DNA of 61,134 nucleotides, the filler included, from an uncultured bacterium (lineage in GTDB: Bacteria; Hinthialibacterota; Hinthialibacteria; Hinthialibacterales; Hinthialibacteraceae), in NCBI GenBank assembly GCA_964449065.1. It is 2 parts of 2 records of this genome, joined end to end, with 100 filler letters (N's around TTAATTAATTAA, not from the genome) between each part and the next. Parts side by side here need not be neighbours in the genome. Positions count along the whole stretch, not along the records: positions 1 to 31,241 come from CAYVAZ010000016.1; 1 more part is not named here. One strand, given 5' to 3'. Shown here in pieces: positions 19,748 through 28,720 of this stretch (position 1 is its first letter; each line of letters opens with the position of its first letter). A program made the position numbers and the translations under genes. The notes under the pieces are model-generated. The model had not been told where the DNA came from. It saw only the letters and a program-made list of their open reading frames with translations, and did no database searches.

Positions 19748-19876
19748 TCTAATACCCCTATTTCCTTTAAAAATTGAGACGGCGTAAAGAGTTTAATGTT
19801 GAATTGTTCCACTCCCACGAAGTCTTTAACATTAAAGGTAATTATAGCATCAACTTGAGCGGAAACCGCCAATTCC
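19744..19876 (-). pseudogene. PIN-domain toxin C-terminal remnant
   Basis: ELAVSAQVDAIITFNVKDF...TPSQFLKEIG*. The stop overlaps the antitoxin ATG (ATGA). The 5' part is missing. Confidence 0.75.
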
Positions 19877-19877
19877 G

Positions 19878-20027
19878 CGCCTGATGGATTCACTCGACTG
19901 GGGACGCGACGACCAAGACAGCCTGTGGGATACCGGGCAAAACCTGAAAGTGTTTCAAGAACGCACCCGCGCGTTTGTGGAAATCCAAGACGGCAGCGAC
20001 CTGAAATGAACCTTTTGCAACATCCCC
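19878..20027 (+). pseudogene. Fragment of a tRNA methylthiotransferase (MtaB/MiaB-type radical SAM)
   Basis: ERTRAFVEIQDGSDLK*TFCNIP compared with the family motif RTRAFxKIQDGCxxxCxxCxIP. Confidence 0.75.
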
Positions 20028-20050
20028 AGTCATTATTTATTTAAAAGATA

Positions 20051-20479
20051 TTACTTCCTCAAATACGACTTCAGCATCCAGATGTCCATCTGCTGGGCTT
20101 CTTCGATGTCGTCGAGTTGGTTTTGGGTTTTCTTGTGTTCCAAGCCGTTTTCGATGGACTGAATCTTTTTGTTCAACGCTTCCAAGTTGGAAACCAAATG
20201 CTGCACCATTTCGCTCGCGCTTTTGTTGCCGTCTCCTTCTTTAAGCGATGATGTGCTTAAATAATCCTTCAGGGTCGATAACGGTTTTTCCCCTTGTGCC
20301 AGAATGCTCTCGGCGATTTCATCGATCCACGTTGCTACGGCCGTATACATTTCTTCAAATTTGGTATGAAGTGTAAAAAAATCCGAGCCCGTTACGTTCC
20401 AGTGATAATTGCGCAGGGTTTGATAATGCACGTGATAATCGGCCAACAGTTCGTTCAGTTCTTTTACTTTATTGCTCAT
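20051..20479 (-). CDS. dps: DNA starvation/stationary phase protection protein Dps
   Basis: HWNVTG..FFTLH..FEEMY and DEIAE ferroxidase residues, WML near the C-terminus. AGGAGG RBS. Confidence 0.93.
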   Translation of the reverse strand: MSNKVKELNELLADYHVHYQTLRNYHWNVTGSDFFTLHTKFEEMYTAVATWIDEIAESILAQGEKPLSTLKDYLSTSSLKEGDGNKSASEMVQHLVSNLEALNKKIQSIENGLEHKKTQNQLDDIEEAQQMDIWMLKSYLRK

Positions 20480-20542
20480 GAATGTCCTCCTAAAGTCGGT
20501 TTATATTTTCTATTAATATATCTTCTGATTTTTATTTACAAA

Positions 20543-20579
20543 GTCAATTATGTTTATCATAATAATAGGCATTATTGAT
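20543..20579. promoter_or_regulatory. OxyR-type operator between divergent dps and oxyR
   Basis: Minus strand ATCA-N7-CTAT-N7-ATAA-N7-TGAC, similar to the ATAG-N7-CTAT-N7-ATAG-N7-CTAT consensus. Confidence 0.55.
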
Positions 20580-20599
20580 CGTGTATCATGAGGTGAAAT

Positions 20600-21496
20600 G
20601 TGAATATCCGGGGATTTGAATATTTGTCCGCTCTGGCGAAGTACAAGCATTTCGGCAAGGCGGCGCAATCGTGTTTTGTCAGCCAGCCTACGCTGAGTAT
20701 GCAAATCAAAAAGTTGGAAGAAGAACTCGGTGTGGTGTTGTTGGAGCGCAACAATAAATCCGTACGCTTGACTCCCATCGGTGAAGAAATCGTCCGGCAT
20801 GCCCATAACATATTGGATGAATGCCAAACGGTGGTGGATATCGCGCAAAAGGCGCAGCATCCGTTTTCGGGCAGTATCTCGATCGGGTTTATCCCTACCA
20901 TCGCGCCCTATTTGTTGCCAAGGGTGTTATCGAAGCTGCGCAGAGGCTTTCCGCGGTTGGAGTTTATCATTACCGAAGCAGTGACCGATGAATTGCTGCA
21001 GCAAGTGCCGGAGGGCAAACTGGATGCCGCCGTACTGGCGCTTCCCGCATCCCACAACCGGGTGGACGTGATTGAGATGTATTACGAGCCGTTTTTGCTG
21101 GCCGCGCATCCCACGCATCCGCTGATCAAAAAGAAACCCATCAAACAAAGCGATCTCAAACATCAGCAGGTATTGCTGCTGGACGAGGGGCATTGCCTGC
21201 GCGATCAGGCGCTGCAAATCTGCGCGCAGACCGGTGGGATGGAACGGACGGAAGTACGCTCGACCAGTATTGAAACCCTGCGGCATTTGGTGGCGGCCAA
21301 TATGGGGATCACTCTGATTCCGGAACTGGCCGCGGGGAAATCGACCGCCAATATTGAATACCACCGCTTTCATAAAAACGAGGTGGGGCGCACAATCGGG
21401 ATCGTTTGCCGCAAGTCGTTCCACCGCAAACCGTTGGTGGAAAAGATCGCCGAGTTAATCACCGCGATGAGCCGAAAGTGGATCGAACAGCCCTAA
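20600..21496 (+). CDS. oxyR: Hydrogen peroxide sensor OxyR (LysR family)
   Basis: HFGKAAQSCFVSQPTLS HTH and LLLDEGHCLRDQALQIC with both redox cysteines. GTG start. Confidence 0.93.
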   Translation: MNIRGFEYLSALAKYKHFGKAAQSCFVSQPTLSMQIKKLEEELGVVLLERNNKSVRLTPIGEEIVRHAHNILDECQTVVDIAQKAQHPFSGSISIGFIPTIAPYLLPRVLSKLRRGFPRLEFIITEAVTDELLQQVPEGKLDAAVLALPASHNRVDVIEMYYEPFLLAAHPTHPLIKKKPIKQSDLKHQQVLLLDEGHCLRDQALQICAQTGGMERTEVRSTSIETLRHLVAANMGITLIPELAAGKSTANIEYHRFHKNEVGRTIGIVCRKSFHRKPLVEKIAELITAMSRKWIEQP

Positions 21497-21526
21497 CTGC
21501 AAGGAAAAAGACGGCAAGCCGATTCA

Positions 21527-22261
21527 TCATCCACGCTGCGATTCAAACGTAATGCGGTGGTATTTGGAGATGGAGAGGTTGCGAATAAACGCCACGACCC
21601 GGTCGTTGGTGGTGTAGAGAATGCGGTCATGGAGCAGGCATTGATCGTCTTCACTTTGCCCCAGCAAATCGGCTTCGCGTTTTTCAAGTTTAGTCACCTC
21701 GATGGAATCGGCACAGCGGGTAACCGGTACGCTGTATTTATTATGAATGATATCCAGCAAGGAAACGGTGCGTAAATCCTCTATGGCCAAGCCGGGGCAT
21801 AAATCGTTGGATACGTACGAAGTCTCTAACAGCACCGGTTCTTCTTTAATGCGCCGCACGCGGGTGATTTGAAAAATTTGATTGGCGGTTTCCAGTTTAA
21901 AGAACGGCATCATATCCGGCGGGGGGACGGTGCTCATTTTTTGCATCACTTCCGTCGTCCATGACACGCCGTAATCCAAAATATTCTCGGTTAATTTTAA
22001 AATAAGCCGGGCACCCTGTGAAGCGGCAGGTTTAAGGACAAATGTGCCTTTGCCGGGAATCTTTTGCACATAGCCCAGGCGCGAAAGTTCCTGCATGGCG
22101 GCTCGAATGACGGCTTTGCTGACGCCCTGCTGGCTGCACATGTTCTCTTCGGTTGGCAGCTGTGAACCAACAGCCAGTTCGCCTTGGTCGATCGCGCTTT
22201 TGACGGCGCTGACCAGTTGCAGATACAATTTTTGCGGATTTTGACGGTCTACAATTCTCAT
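21527..22261 (-). CDS. GntR/HutC-family regulator with UTRA domain
   Basis: LPTE...GVS...R.AM..L...G......GKGTFV winged HTH and a UTRA-like C-terminus. Confidence 0.9.
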   Translation of the reverse strand: MRIVDRQNPQKLYLQLVSAVKSAIDQGELAVGSQLPTEENMCSQQGVSKAVIRAAMQELSRLGYVQKIPGKGTFVLKPAASQGARLILKLTENILDYGVSWTTEVMQKMSTVPPPDMMPFFKLETANQIFQITRVRRIKEEPVLLETSYVSNDLCPGLAIEDLRTVSLLDIIHNKYSVPVTRCADSIEVTKLEKREADLLGQSEDDQCLLHDRILYTTNDRVVAFIRNLSISKYHRITFESQRG

Positions 22262-22290
22262 AATATTATAACGTCTAAAAGGATTGCATG

Positions 22291-22319
22291 ATTGTATGAA
22301 GGGAAAGCATGGAAGTCAA
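22291..22319 (-). promoter_or_regulatory. sigma70 promoter for the GntR gene
   Basis: TTGACT-17 nt-TACAAT. Confidence 0.65.
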
Positions 22320-22604
22320 TCAACAGAACCGATCCAAATACAAATTTAACAGGCAATCCGATCAAATCGGGTATGATTTGCCGCCCGATCTGGATGCATG
22401 GAACAAAAAAAACGAGGGTTTTTATCGCTTGCTAACGGTTGTTACATTTTTGCTTATTGTTCTGGTGCGCAGGCATACTTCCTGGTAATCAAAGCAATTA
22501 CGATTGGCAAGATTTGGCCTTACCCATCCCGCTGCAACTATACCCATATCCCTGAATATGGTAGATTATCCTTACATATTGAGCACCTATCTTGGGAGGA
22601 AACA

Positions 22605-23492
22605 ATGATGGATCAAAGCAATCTCAACAGACGCAACGCGTTAAAGCATATCACTGCCGGTGGTGTAGTCGCGGCGGGTATGATCGCCGGACAACCGCAA
22701 TCCGCAAGCACTGCCACGCATAAAGAATTATCTCTGAAAGGCAATATCAAGCATTCGGCATCGCTCTGGTGTTATAACAAAGTGGATAAAGAAACGTTCT
22801 TTAAAACCTGTGCCGAATACGGAATGGCGGGTGTAGACTTGGTCGGGCCGGATGATTGGGCTGCCGTGAAGGATCATGGATTGACCTGCACAATGGTTCC
22901 CGGCGCGGGTGGAATCGTAAACGGCCTAAACACTCCGAAAGATCATCCAACACTGATGGAAGCGTTTCAAAAGAATATTCCCGCCGCGGCGAAAGCAGGG
23001 TTTAAAAATGTGATCACCTTTTCCGGAAGCCGCCGGGGAATGTCCGATGAAGAAGGCTGGAACAACTGCGCGAAAATCCTGAAAGAAGCGGTCAAAATCG
23101 CCGAAGACCACGATATCATCATCCAAATGGAACTGCTCAACAGCAAAGTCGATCATCCCGACTATCAATGCGACCATACATCCTGGGGAGTGGAACTGTG
23201 CAAACGGGTGGAATCCGACCACTTCAAACTGCTGTACGACATCTATCACATGCAGATAATGGAAGGCGATTTAATCCGCACGATCGAAGACAATTTTGAG
23301 TACATCGGACATTATCATACTGGCGGGAATCCCGGCAGGAATGAAATCGATGATACACAGGAAATCAATTATCCGCCGATTATGAAGAAGATTGTGGAAC
23401 TCGGTTATGATGGATATGTGGCGCAGGAGTTTGTGCCGTCCCGCGATCCACTGGAATCTTTGAAAGAAGCGATTTTGATTTGTGATGTGTAA
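22605..23492 (+). CDS. Hydroxypyruvate isomerase-family TIM barrel with Tat signal
   Basis: NRRNALK twin-arginine motif; MELLNSKVDHPDY, LLYDIYHMQIMEGD, PGRNE. GGAGG RBS before ATG 22605. Confidence 0.88.
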   Translation: MMDQSNLNRRNALKHITAGGVVAAGMIAGQPQSASTATHKELSLKGNIKHSASLWCYNKVDKETFFKTCAEYGMAGVDLVGPDDWAAVKDHGLTCTMVPGAGGIVNGLNTPKDHPTLMEAFQKNIPAAAKAGFKNVITFSGSRRGMSDEEGWNNCAKILKEAVKIAEDHDIIIQMELLNSKVDHPDYQCDHTSWGVELCKRVESDHFKLLYDIYHMQIMEGDLIRTIEDNFEYIGHYHTGGNPGRNEIDDTQEINYPPIMKKIVELGYDGYVAQEFVPSRDPLESLKEAILICDV

Positions 23493-23596
23493 TTTTCATG
23501 TCGAAGATGAAATAAAGGGTGGTTCGCGTTGTACCGATCCACAGCTTGCGACTATAATTATACTGTATCACTAAAAAAAATTGTAGGAATGCATGT

Positions 23597-23806
23597 ATGA
23601 CTCAACCCAAATTGAACAATCCAGAATTTAAACAACTCTTAAAAGAAGCACTCACTGAAACCTTACAGGAGAAGCGTGAGTTGCTGCATGACGTCTTTGT
23701 GGATGTTGTTGAAGACATCGGTTTAACTGAAGCAATCAAAAAGGGGATGCAGACCGGCTCTGTCGACCGAAGCGAAGTATTTGATATTCTTGAAGGTCGT
23801 TCATGA
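23597..23806 (+). CDS. Putative type II antitoxin
   Basis: 69 aa with EDIGL.EAI..G....V.R.EVF pattern. ATGA overlap with the next gene. Confidence 0.7.
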   Translation: MTQPKLNNPEFKQLLKEALTETLQEKRELLHDVFVDVVEDIGLTEAIKKGMQTGSVDRSEVFDILEGRS

Positions 23807-23834
23807 AAACGGATTTTCGATCCAGTTTTACAAA
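23803..23834 (+). CDS. RelE/ParE-family toxin, 5' end only (cut by assembly gap)
   Basis: MKTDFRSSFT resembles a RelE N-terminus and is coupled to the antitoxin. N gap follows. Confidence 0.55.
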
Positions 23835-23934
23835 NNNNNNNNNNNNNNNNNNNNNNNNNNNNNNNNNNNNNNNNNNNNNNNNNNNNNNNNNNNNNNNNNN
23901 NNNNNNNNNNNNNNNNNNNNNNNNNNNNNNNNNN

Positions 23935-25608
23935 AATTGCGCTTCTACCGTGTCGCGGCGCAATGTACCGAAAGTATCCAGAGACAAACGCCCCAACATC
24001 ATCGTGATCATGAGCGATGATATCGGTATATCGGATATCGGCTGCTACGGCAGCGAGATTAATACCCCCAATCTGGATGCGTTGGGGCATTCGGGTGTGC
24101 GCTTCACGCAGTTTTACAACACGGCGCGCTGCTGTCCCACCCGCGCCAGTTTATTGACCGGGCTATACCAGCACCAAGCGGGTATTGGTCACATGACGAA
24201 CGACCGCCATCTTCCCGGATACCGCGGCGACTTAAACCGCAACTGCGTCACCATTGCCGAGGTCATGAAGGGTGCGGGATACTCCACGTACATGAGCGGC
24301 AAATGGCATGTCACTCCCCAAAACGGGTTGGATAGTTCGAAACACAACTGGCCCCGTCAACGTGGGTTTGACCGCTTCTTCGGCACCATTCACGGGGCGG
24401 GCAGTTTTTTTGATCCGAACACGCTTACGTTGGATAACTCGTTCATCACCCCGTGGGATGGCTTTTATTATACCGACGCGATTAGCGATTATGCCAGCCA
24501 TTTTGTGAACACCCACCGTGATGACAATCCCTTCTTTCTGTATGTATCCTACACCGCTCCACATTGGCCCATGCACGCCAAGCCGGGCGATATCAAAAAA
24601 TATGATGGCCGCTATGACGACGGTTGGGATGCCCTGCGTGAAGAACGCTTGCAGCGGATGATTAAAATGGGATTGGTGGATCCGAAATGGGGAATGACAC
24701 CGCGCGACAGTGATGTGCCCGCTTGGGAAGACGAAGACATGAAAGACTGGCAGCGCCGCCGCATGGAAGTGTATGCCGCGATGATAGACAATATGGATCA
24801 AGGCATTGGGCGTCTAATTGAGACGCTGAAAGCCAACGGACAGTATGAAAACACCCTCATCTTCTATTTGCAGGACAACGGCGGCTGCGCGGAAGAATAC
24901 GGTAGCCGGGGCGGGATTAAACCCGATCCATCCAAGCCGGTGGTATTAAAGCCGATGGAGATCGGTGAGTTCCAATTCGATATGCAGCCGGATGTCACCC
25001 GTGACGGCAAACCGGTACGCACCGGCGAGGGTGTCATGCCCGGCCCGGCGGATACCTATATCGCCTACGGCAAAGGATGGGCAAACGCCAGCAATACCCC
25101 GTTTCGCCTGTATAAGCATTGGGTGCATGAAGGGGGAATCTCGACTCCGCTGATTATGCACTGGGGCGGTGAGTTTGCCGGAAACAGCGAACTGTGCCGC
25201 CAGCCGGGACATTTGATCGACATCATGGCAACGTGTGTGGATGTAGCGCAAGCGGAGTATCCCGAAACGTTCCATGACGGCAACCGCATTCATCCGATGG
25301 AAGGCCTGAGTTTGATGCCCGCGATTGATAACCAACCACTTCAAAGAAATGCCCTATATTTTGAACACGAAGGGAACCGGGCGGTACGCGCCGGCGATTG
25401 GAAATTGGTTTCAAAAGCGCCAAAACTGAACCGGGTTCCGAAAGAAGCGATGGACGATTGGGAACTCTATGACATGAAAGCCGACCGGACGGAAATGAAC
25501 AACCTCATCGCGTCCAAGCCGGAACTGGCGAATGAGTTGAAACAGAAATGGTATGCTTGGGCGGAACGTTGTAACGTATTGCCTTGGCCGTGGACGGAAG
25601 AGGCTTAG
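23935..25608 (+). CDS. Arylsulfatase (Cys-type formylglycine sulfatase), 5' end lost in gap
   Basis: RPNIIVIMSDD, RCCPTRASLLTG (CxPxR), GKWH, YTAPHWP, DNG, HEGGISTP. Confidence 0.93.
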   Translation, partial: NCASTVSRRNVPKVSRDKRPNIIVIMSDDIGISDIGCYGSEINTPNLDALGHSGVRFTQFYNTARCCPTRASLLTGLYQHQAGIGHMTNDRHLPGYRGDLNRNCVTIAEVMKGAGYSTYMSGKWHVTPQNGLDSSKHNWPRQRGFDRFFGTIHGAGSFFDPNTLTLDNSFITPWDGFYYTDAISDYASHFVNTHRDDNPFFLYVSYTAPHWPMHAKPGDIKKYDGRYDDGWDALREERLQRMIKMGLVDPKWGMTPRDSDVPAWEDEDMKDWQRRRMEVYAAMIDNMDQGIGRLIETLKANGQYENTLIFYLQDNGGCAEEYGSRGGIKPDPSKPVVLKPMEIGEFQFDMQPDVTRDGKPVRTGEGVMPGPADTYIAYGKGWANASNTPFRLYKHWVHEGGISTPLIMHWGGEFAGNSELCRQPGHLIDIMATCVDVAQAEYPETFHDGNRIHPMEGLSLMPAIDNQPLQRNALYFEHEGNRAVRAGDWKLVSKAPKLNRVPKEAMDDWELYDMKADRTEMNNLIASKPELANELKQKWYAWAERCNVLPWPWTEEA

Positions 25609-25764
25609 ATGATCCTCTCATTTCTTGACCCTTTCCGGGTCGGAGTTTTTATTCACATTGCCCAGGACAAGCGTTTCCTTCGGTCACTCTGCCCCTGGCT
25701 ATCCTCTACAGCTTCGTTGAGGTAAACGGCTAAAGTCAACGGCATTGCGTGCAGAGGGCAGGCA

Positions 25765-25795
25765 CTTCCGGCTCGGCGGGAGCCTCGGCCTCCCA
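25765..25795 (+). repeat. REP-like repeat family A, copy 2
   Basis: CTTCCGGCTCGGCGGGAGCCTCGGCCTCCCA, one mismatch to the 4560 copy. Confidence 0.85.
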
Positions 25796-25840
25796 GGGCT
25801 TGCTTCGCGAGTGGTGGACTGCGCTTTTTATAGCGCGCAT

Positions 25841-25962
25841 CCATTTACCGGCTAAAAGCCGATACTCCTCACACAAACAATTAGCGCATTTCAGAGTTGG
25901 ATAGAAAGAATTTGTCGTCGTTATACCATTTGCATAGGTATAAAATGGACATTCTGAATTGC
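25841..25962. repeat. Degenerate family-B copy followed by a TAGAGC-type MITE remnant
   Basis: CCATTTACCGGCTAAAAGCCGATACTCC, then TTAGCGCATTTCAGAGTTGGATAG (20/24 identical to 46076), then CTGAATTGC as at 46159. Confidence 0.65.
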
Positions 25963-26098
25963 AAAGGTTACGATTGAAGGAAAACGATCCTTCCATTCGA
26001 TCTTTGGTTTTTTTTGGGGGGGTGGGGATGAATATCCTTGGATCAACCCCACCCCGGTTTGGAGAGTCAAACAACTTTTATTGGCTGAGTTGTTTTGT

Positions 26099-27700
26099 TT
26101 ATTCTTCTACTTCTTCCTCGTCGTCTTCCGGAGTTTCAAAGACGACCGCGTCGGTAGTCAAGAGCAAGCCTGCGATGCTGGCGGCATTTTGCAGGGCGGA
26201 ACGCACCACTTTCGCGGGATCGATGACACCGGCTTTGACCAAGTCTTCCATTTTTTCGGTTGCGGCGTTGTACCCGACATTGGCTTTTTCTTTCAACATT
26301 TTCTGCACCAACACGGCGCCTTCTTTGCCGGCATTTTCGGCAATTTGGCGGGCCGGGGCCTGGCAGGCTTCGATGAGGATTTTGGCGCCCACGGCTTCAT
26401 CGCCCGGTAAGTCTAATTTTTCCAGAACCGGAATGGCCCGCAACAACGCGACACCGCCGCCGGGGACGACGCCTTCTTCAATGGCGGCGCGGGTGGCATG
26501 GAGCGCGTCTTCTACACGGGCTTTCTTTTCTTTCATTTCGGCTTCGGAGGCCGCGCCGACTTGAATGACCGCGATGCCGCCGGCGAGTTTGGCCAGGCGT
26601 TCTTGGTATTTTTCGCGGTCGTAATCGGAGGTGGTTTCCATAATCATGGTGCGGAGCTGTTCCATGCGGTTTTTGATTTCCGACTTTTTGCCGCCGCCTT
26701 CGATGATGGTGGAGGTATCTTTGTTGACGATCACGCGTTTGGCGGTGCCCAAGTCTTTGAGGGTCAACCCTTCGATTTTGATGCCGAGGTCTTCGGAAAC
26801 AACCTGGCCGCTGGTGAGAATTCCAAGATCGATCAACATCGCTTTGCGGCGGTCGCCGAAGCCGGGGGCCTTAATGGCGCAGACCGGCAGCATACCGCGC
26901 ATGCGGTTCACAACCAATGTTGCCAACGCTTCCCCTTCTACATCTTCCGCGACAATCAACAACGGTTTGCCGCTTTGGGCGACTTTTTCCAAGATGGGTA
27001 CCATTTCTTGCAGGGAAGAGATTTTTTTCTCGCAGAGTAATATATAGGCGTCTTCCAAGATGCATTCCATTTGCTGGGCATCGGTCACAAAGTAGGGGGA
27101 TAGGTAGCCGCGGTCAAATTGCATCCCTTCCACGGTATCCAATTCAATTTCCAACCCTTTGCCTTCATCGACGGTGATGACGCCGTCTTGGCCGACGCGT
27201 TCCATGGCATCGGCAATCAGTTCACCGATGAGTTCTTCACTGTTGGCGGAAATGGAGGCGACTTGTTTGACTTCGTCTTTGTCTTTGACCCTTTTGGCTT
27301 GCGAGGCGATTTTTTCCGTCACGGCTAAGACGGCTTTATCGATGCCGCGTTTAATCGACATGGGGTCGTGGCCGGCGGCGATCATACGCAGACCGCTTTT
27401 GTAGATGGCTTCGGCCAATACAGTCGCGGTGGTGGTACCATCGCCCGCCATGTCGCTGGTTTTGGAGGCGACTTCCCGTACCAAACGCGCGCCGATGTTG
27501 GCCATTGGGCCTTTTAAGTCGATTTCTTTGGCGACGGTTACCCCGTCTTTGGTGACGGTGGGGGAGCCGAACGATTTGGAAAACGCGACGTTACGTCCCC
27601 GCGGCCCCATGGTTACTTTTACGGCTTTCGCCAGCGTGGTAATGCCTTCCAGCATTTCCAATCTGGCGTCTTCATCGAACATCAATGTTTTTGCTGCCAT
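26099..27700 (-). CDS. groL: Chaperonin GroEL (no adjacent groES, acidic tail)
   Basis: [50 protein letters not shown]. Confidence 0.97.
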   Translation of the reverse strand: MAAKTLMFDEDARLEMLEGITTLAKAVKVTMGPRGRNVAFSKSFGSPTVTKDGVTVAKEIDLKGPMANIGARLVREVASKTSDMAGDGTTTATVLAEAIYKSGLRMIAAGHDPMSIKRGIDKAVLAVTEKIASQAKRVKDKDEVKQVASISANSEELIGELIADAMERVGQDGVITVDEGKGLEIELDTVEGMQFDRGYLSPYFVTDAQQMECILEDAYILLCEKKISSLQEMVPILEKVAQSGKPLLIVAEDVEGEALATLVVNRMRGMLPVCAIKAPGFGDRRKAMLIDLGILTSGQVVSEDLGIKIEGLTLKDLGTAKRVIVNKDTSTIIEGGGKKSEIKNRMEQLRTMIMETTSDYDREKYQERLAKLAGGIAVIQVGAASEAEMKEKKARVEDALHATRAAIEEGVVPGGGVALLRAIPVLEKLDLPGDEAVGAKILIEACQAPARQIAENAGKEGAVLVQKMLKEKANVGYNAATEKMEDLVKAGVIDPAKVVRSALQNAASIAGLLLTTDAVVFETPEDDEEEVEE

Positions 27701-27812
27701 GTTTTTCTCTCCTCACTTCTGTTTCCAGGTTTTATTATTCGCGTCGAAGTTTATCAACCATTACATCTTAGCTGAATTTCAAAACATTACGTTTCCAATA
27801 CAACAATCGGCA

Positions 27813-27843
27813 CTTCTAGCTCGGCGGAAGCCTCGCCGTCCCA
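27813..27843 (+). repeat. REP-like repeat family A, copy 3 (degenerate)
   Basis: CTTCTAGCTCGGCGGAAGCCTCGCCGTCCCA. Confidence 0.75.
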
Positions 27844-27873
27844 AACTGCACGTACGGGAAACGTGATTTACGG

Positions 27874-28701
27874 TTATATGATTTCAATTGCATCGAGCGG
27901 AACGTAACCGGTAAAACCCGGAGCCGCCGGCAAATCAATTCTAGCCCAGTTATCCTGAACATTTTGCACCCGCACTTTGGTGCCTTCATGCAGGGAGAAA
28001 TGGGTGGAGAAATTCGCTCCCGCACCCGTTTTGACATCCAAGGCGGAAACCATAACGATGGCTTTCGGCTCGTAATACAAATCATAGATTTTATACACGG
28101 TTGAGAGAATACCAAGTGCCAGAACAATTCCAGAAATCCACGTTAGTGAGCGCAGCCATGCCAGCAGCGCTTCGGAGCGGATCAGGATTCGCGCGCTTAA
28201 AACCACCGCGAACATCCAAAACACGATGCCCAACACGATAAGGCTTTCCCGTAAATTGAGGAATTGGTGGACTTTCGTCAAAAATGCGGCTGTACCGCTG
28301 TAATCCGGCTGGCGGAATTCTTCATCCACCAAGGTGCGGCGGACGTACCGGAGGTTGTAGTTTAAATCGTCAAATCGCGGTAAATAGCGCCGGGCGCGTT
28401 CATACCACAACACCGCTTTGCCGGTATTGCCGAGTTGAAATTCCGCATTGCCGAGATTGTAGAAAAGATAGCCGTTTTTTACACCCGATTCTACTAGATA
28501 GCGGTATCCACTGGCGGCTTTTTCCACTTCGCCATTGCGGTAGAACTTATTGGCTTGTTCCAAGACTTGTTCTTTACCGGCGGAAAATTTGTAGTCATCC
28601 GGCAATGGCGGCTGTGCGGCTCCATACCCTGCTGTTAGCAGCAGCAAAGAGAAGATTAACAAAGCCGTTTTCATTTGCAGTATCCGTATGTTGTTTTTCA
28701 T
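27874..28701 (-). CDS. BatE-like TPR plus SH3 protein
   Basis: Signal peptide, TPR (YNLGNA...GKAVLWYERA), two TM helices, SH3-like LHEGTKV...W..I. Confidence 0.85.
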   Translation of the reverse strand: MKNNIRILQMKTALLIFSLLLLTAGYGAAQPPLPDDYKFSAGKEQVLEQANKFYRNGEVEKAASGYRYLVESGVKNGYLFYNLGNAEFQLGNTGKAVLWYERARRYLPRFDDLNYNLRYVRRTLVDEEFRQPDYSGTAAFLTKVHQFLNLRESLIVLGIVFWMFAVVLSARILIRSEALLAWLRSLTWISGIVLALGILSTVYKIYDLYYEPKAIVMVSALDVKTGAGANFSTHFSLHEGTKVRVQNVQDNWARIDLPAAPGFTGYVPLDAIEII

Positions 28702-28720
28702 TTTGTATTGAATAAAGACT

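Noticed and set aside
20007..20009. TGA at a Cys position as possible selenocysteine or recoding
   Set aside because: It lies in a short fragment with other inactivating changes. TGA is used as a normal stop elsewhere in the window, and no SECIS-like hairpin is evident.
22398..22604. Long N-terminal extensions given by the ORF track (Hyi-family gene; also murE, PurS-like, GNAT, BrnT, DUF4276)
   Set aside because: Downstream ATGs with RBSs, gene overlaps or family-typical N-termini fit better.
23803..25608. 601-aa ORF that looks like a toxin-sulfatase fusion
   Set aside because: It reads through a 100-N gap. It is a RelE-like start and a separate arylsulfatase joined artificially.
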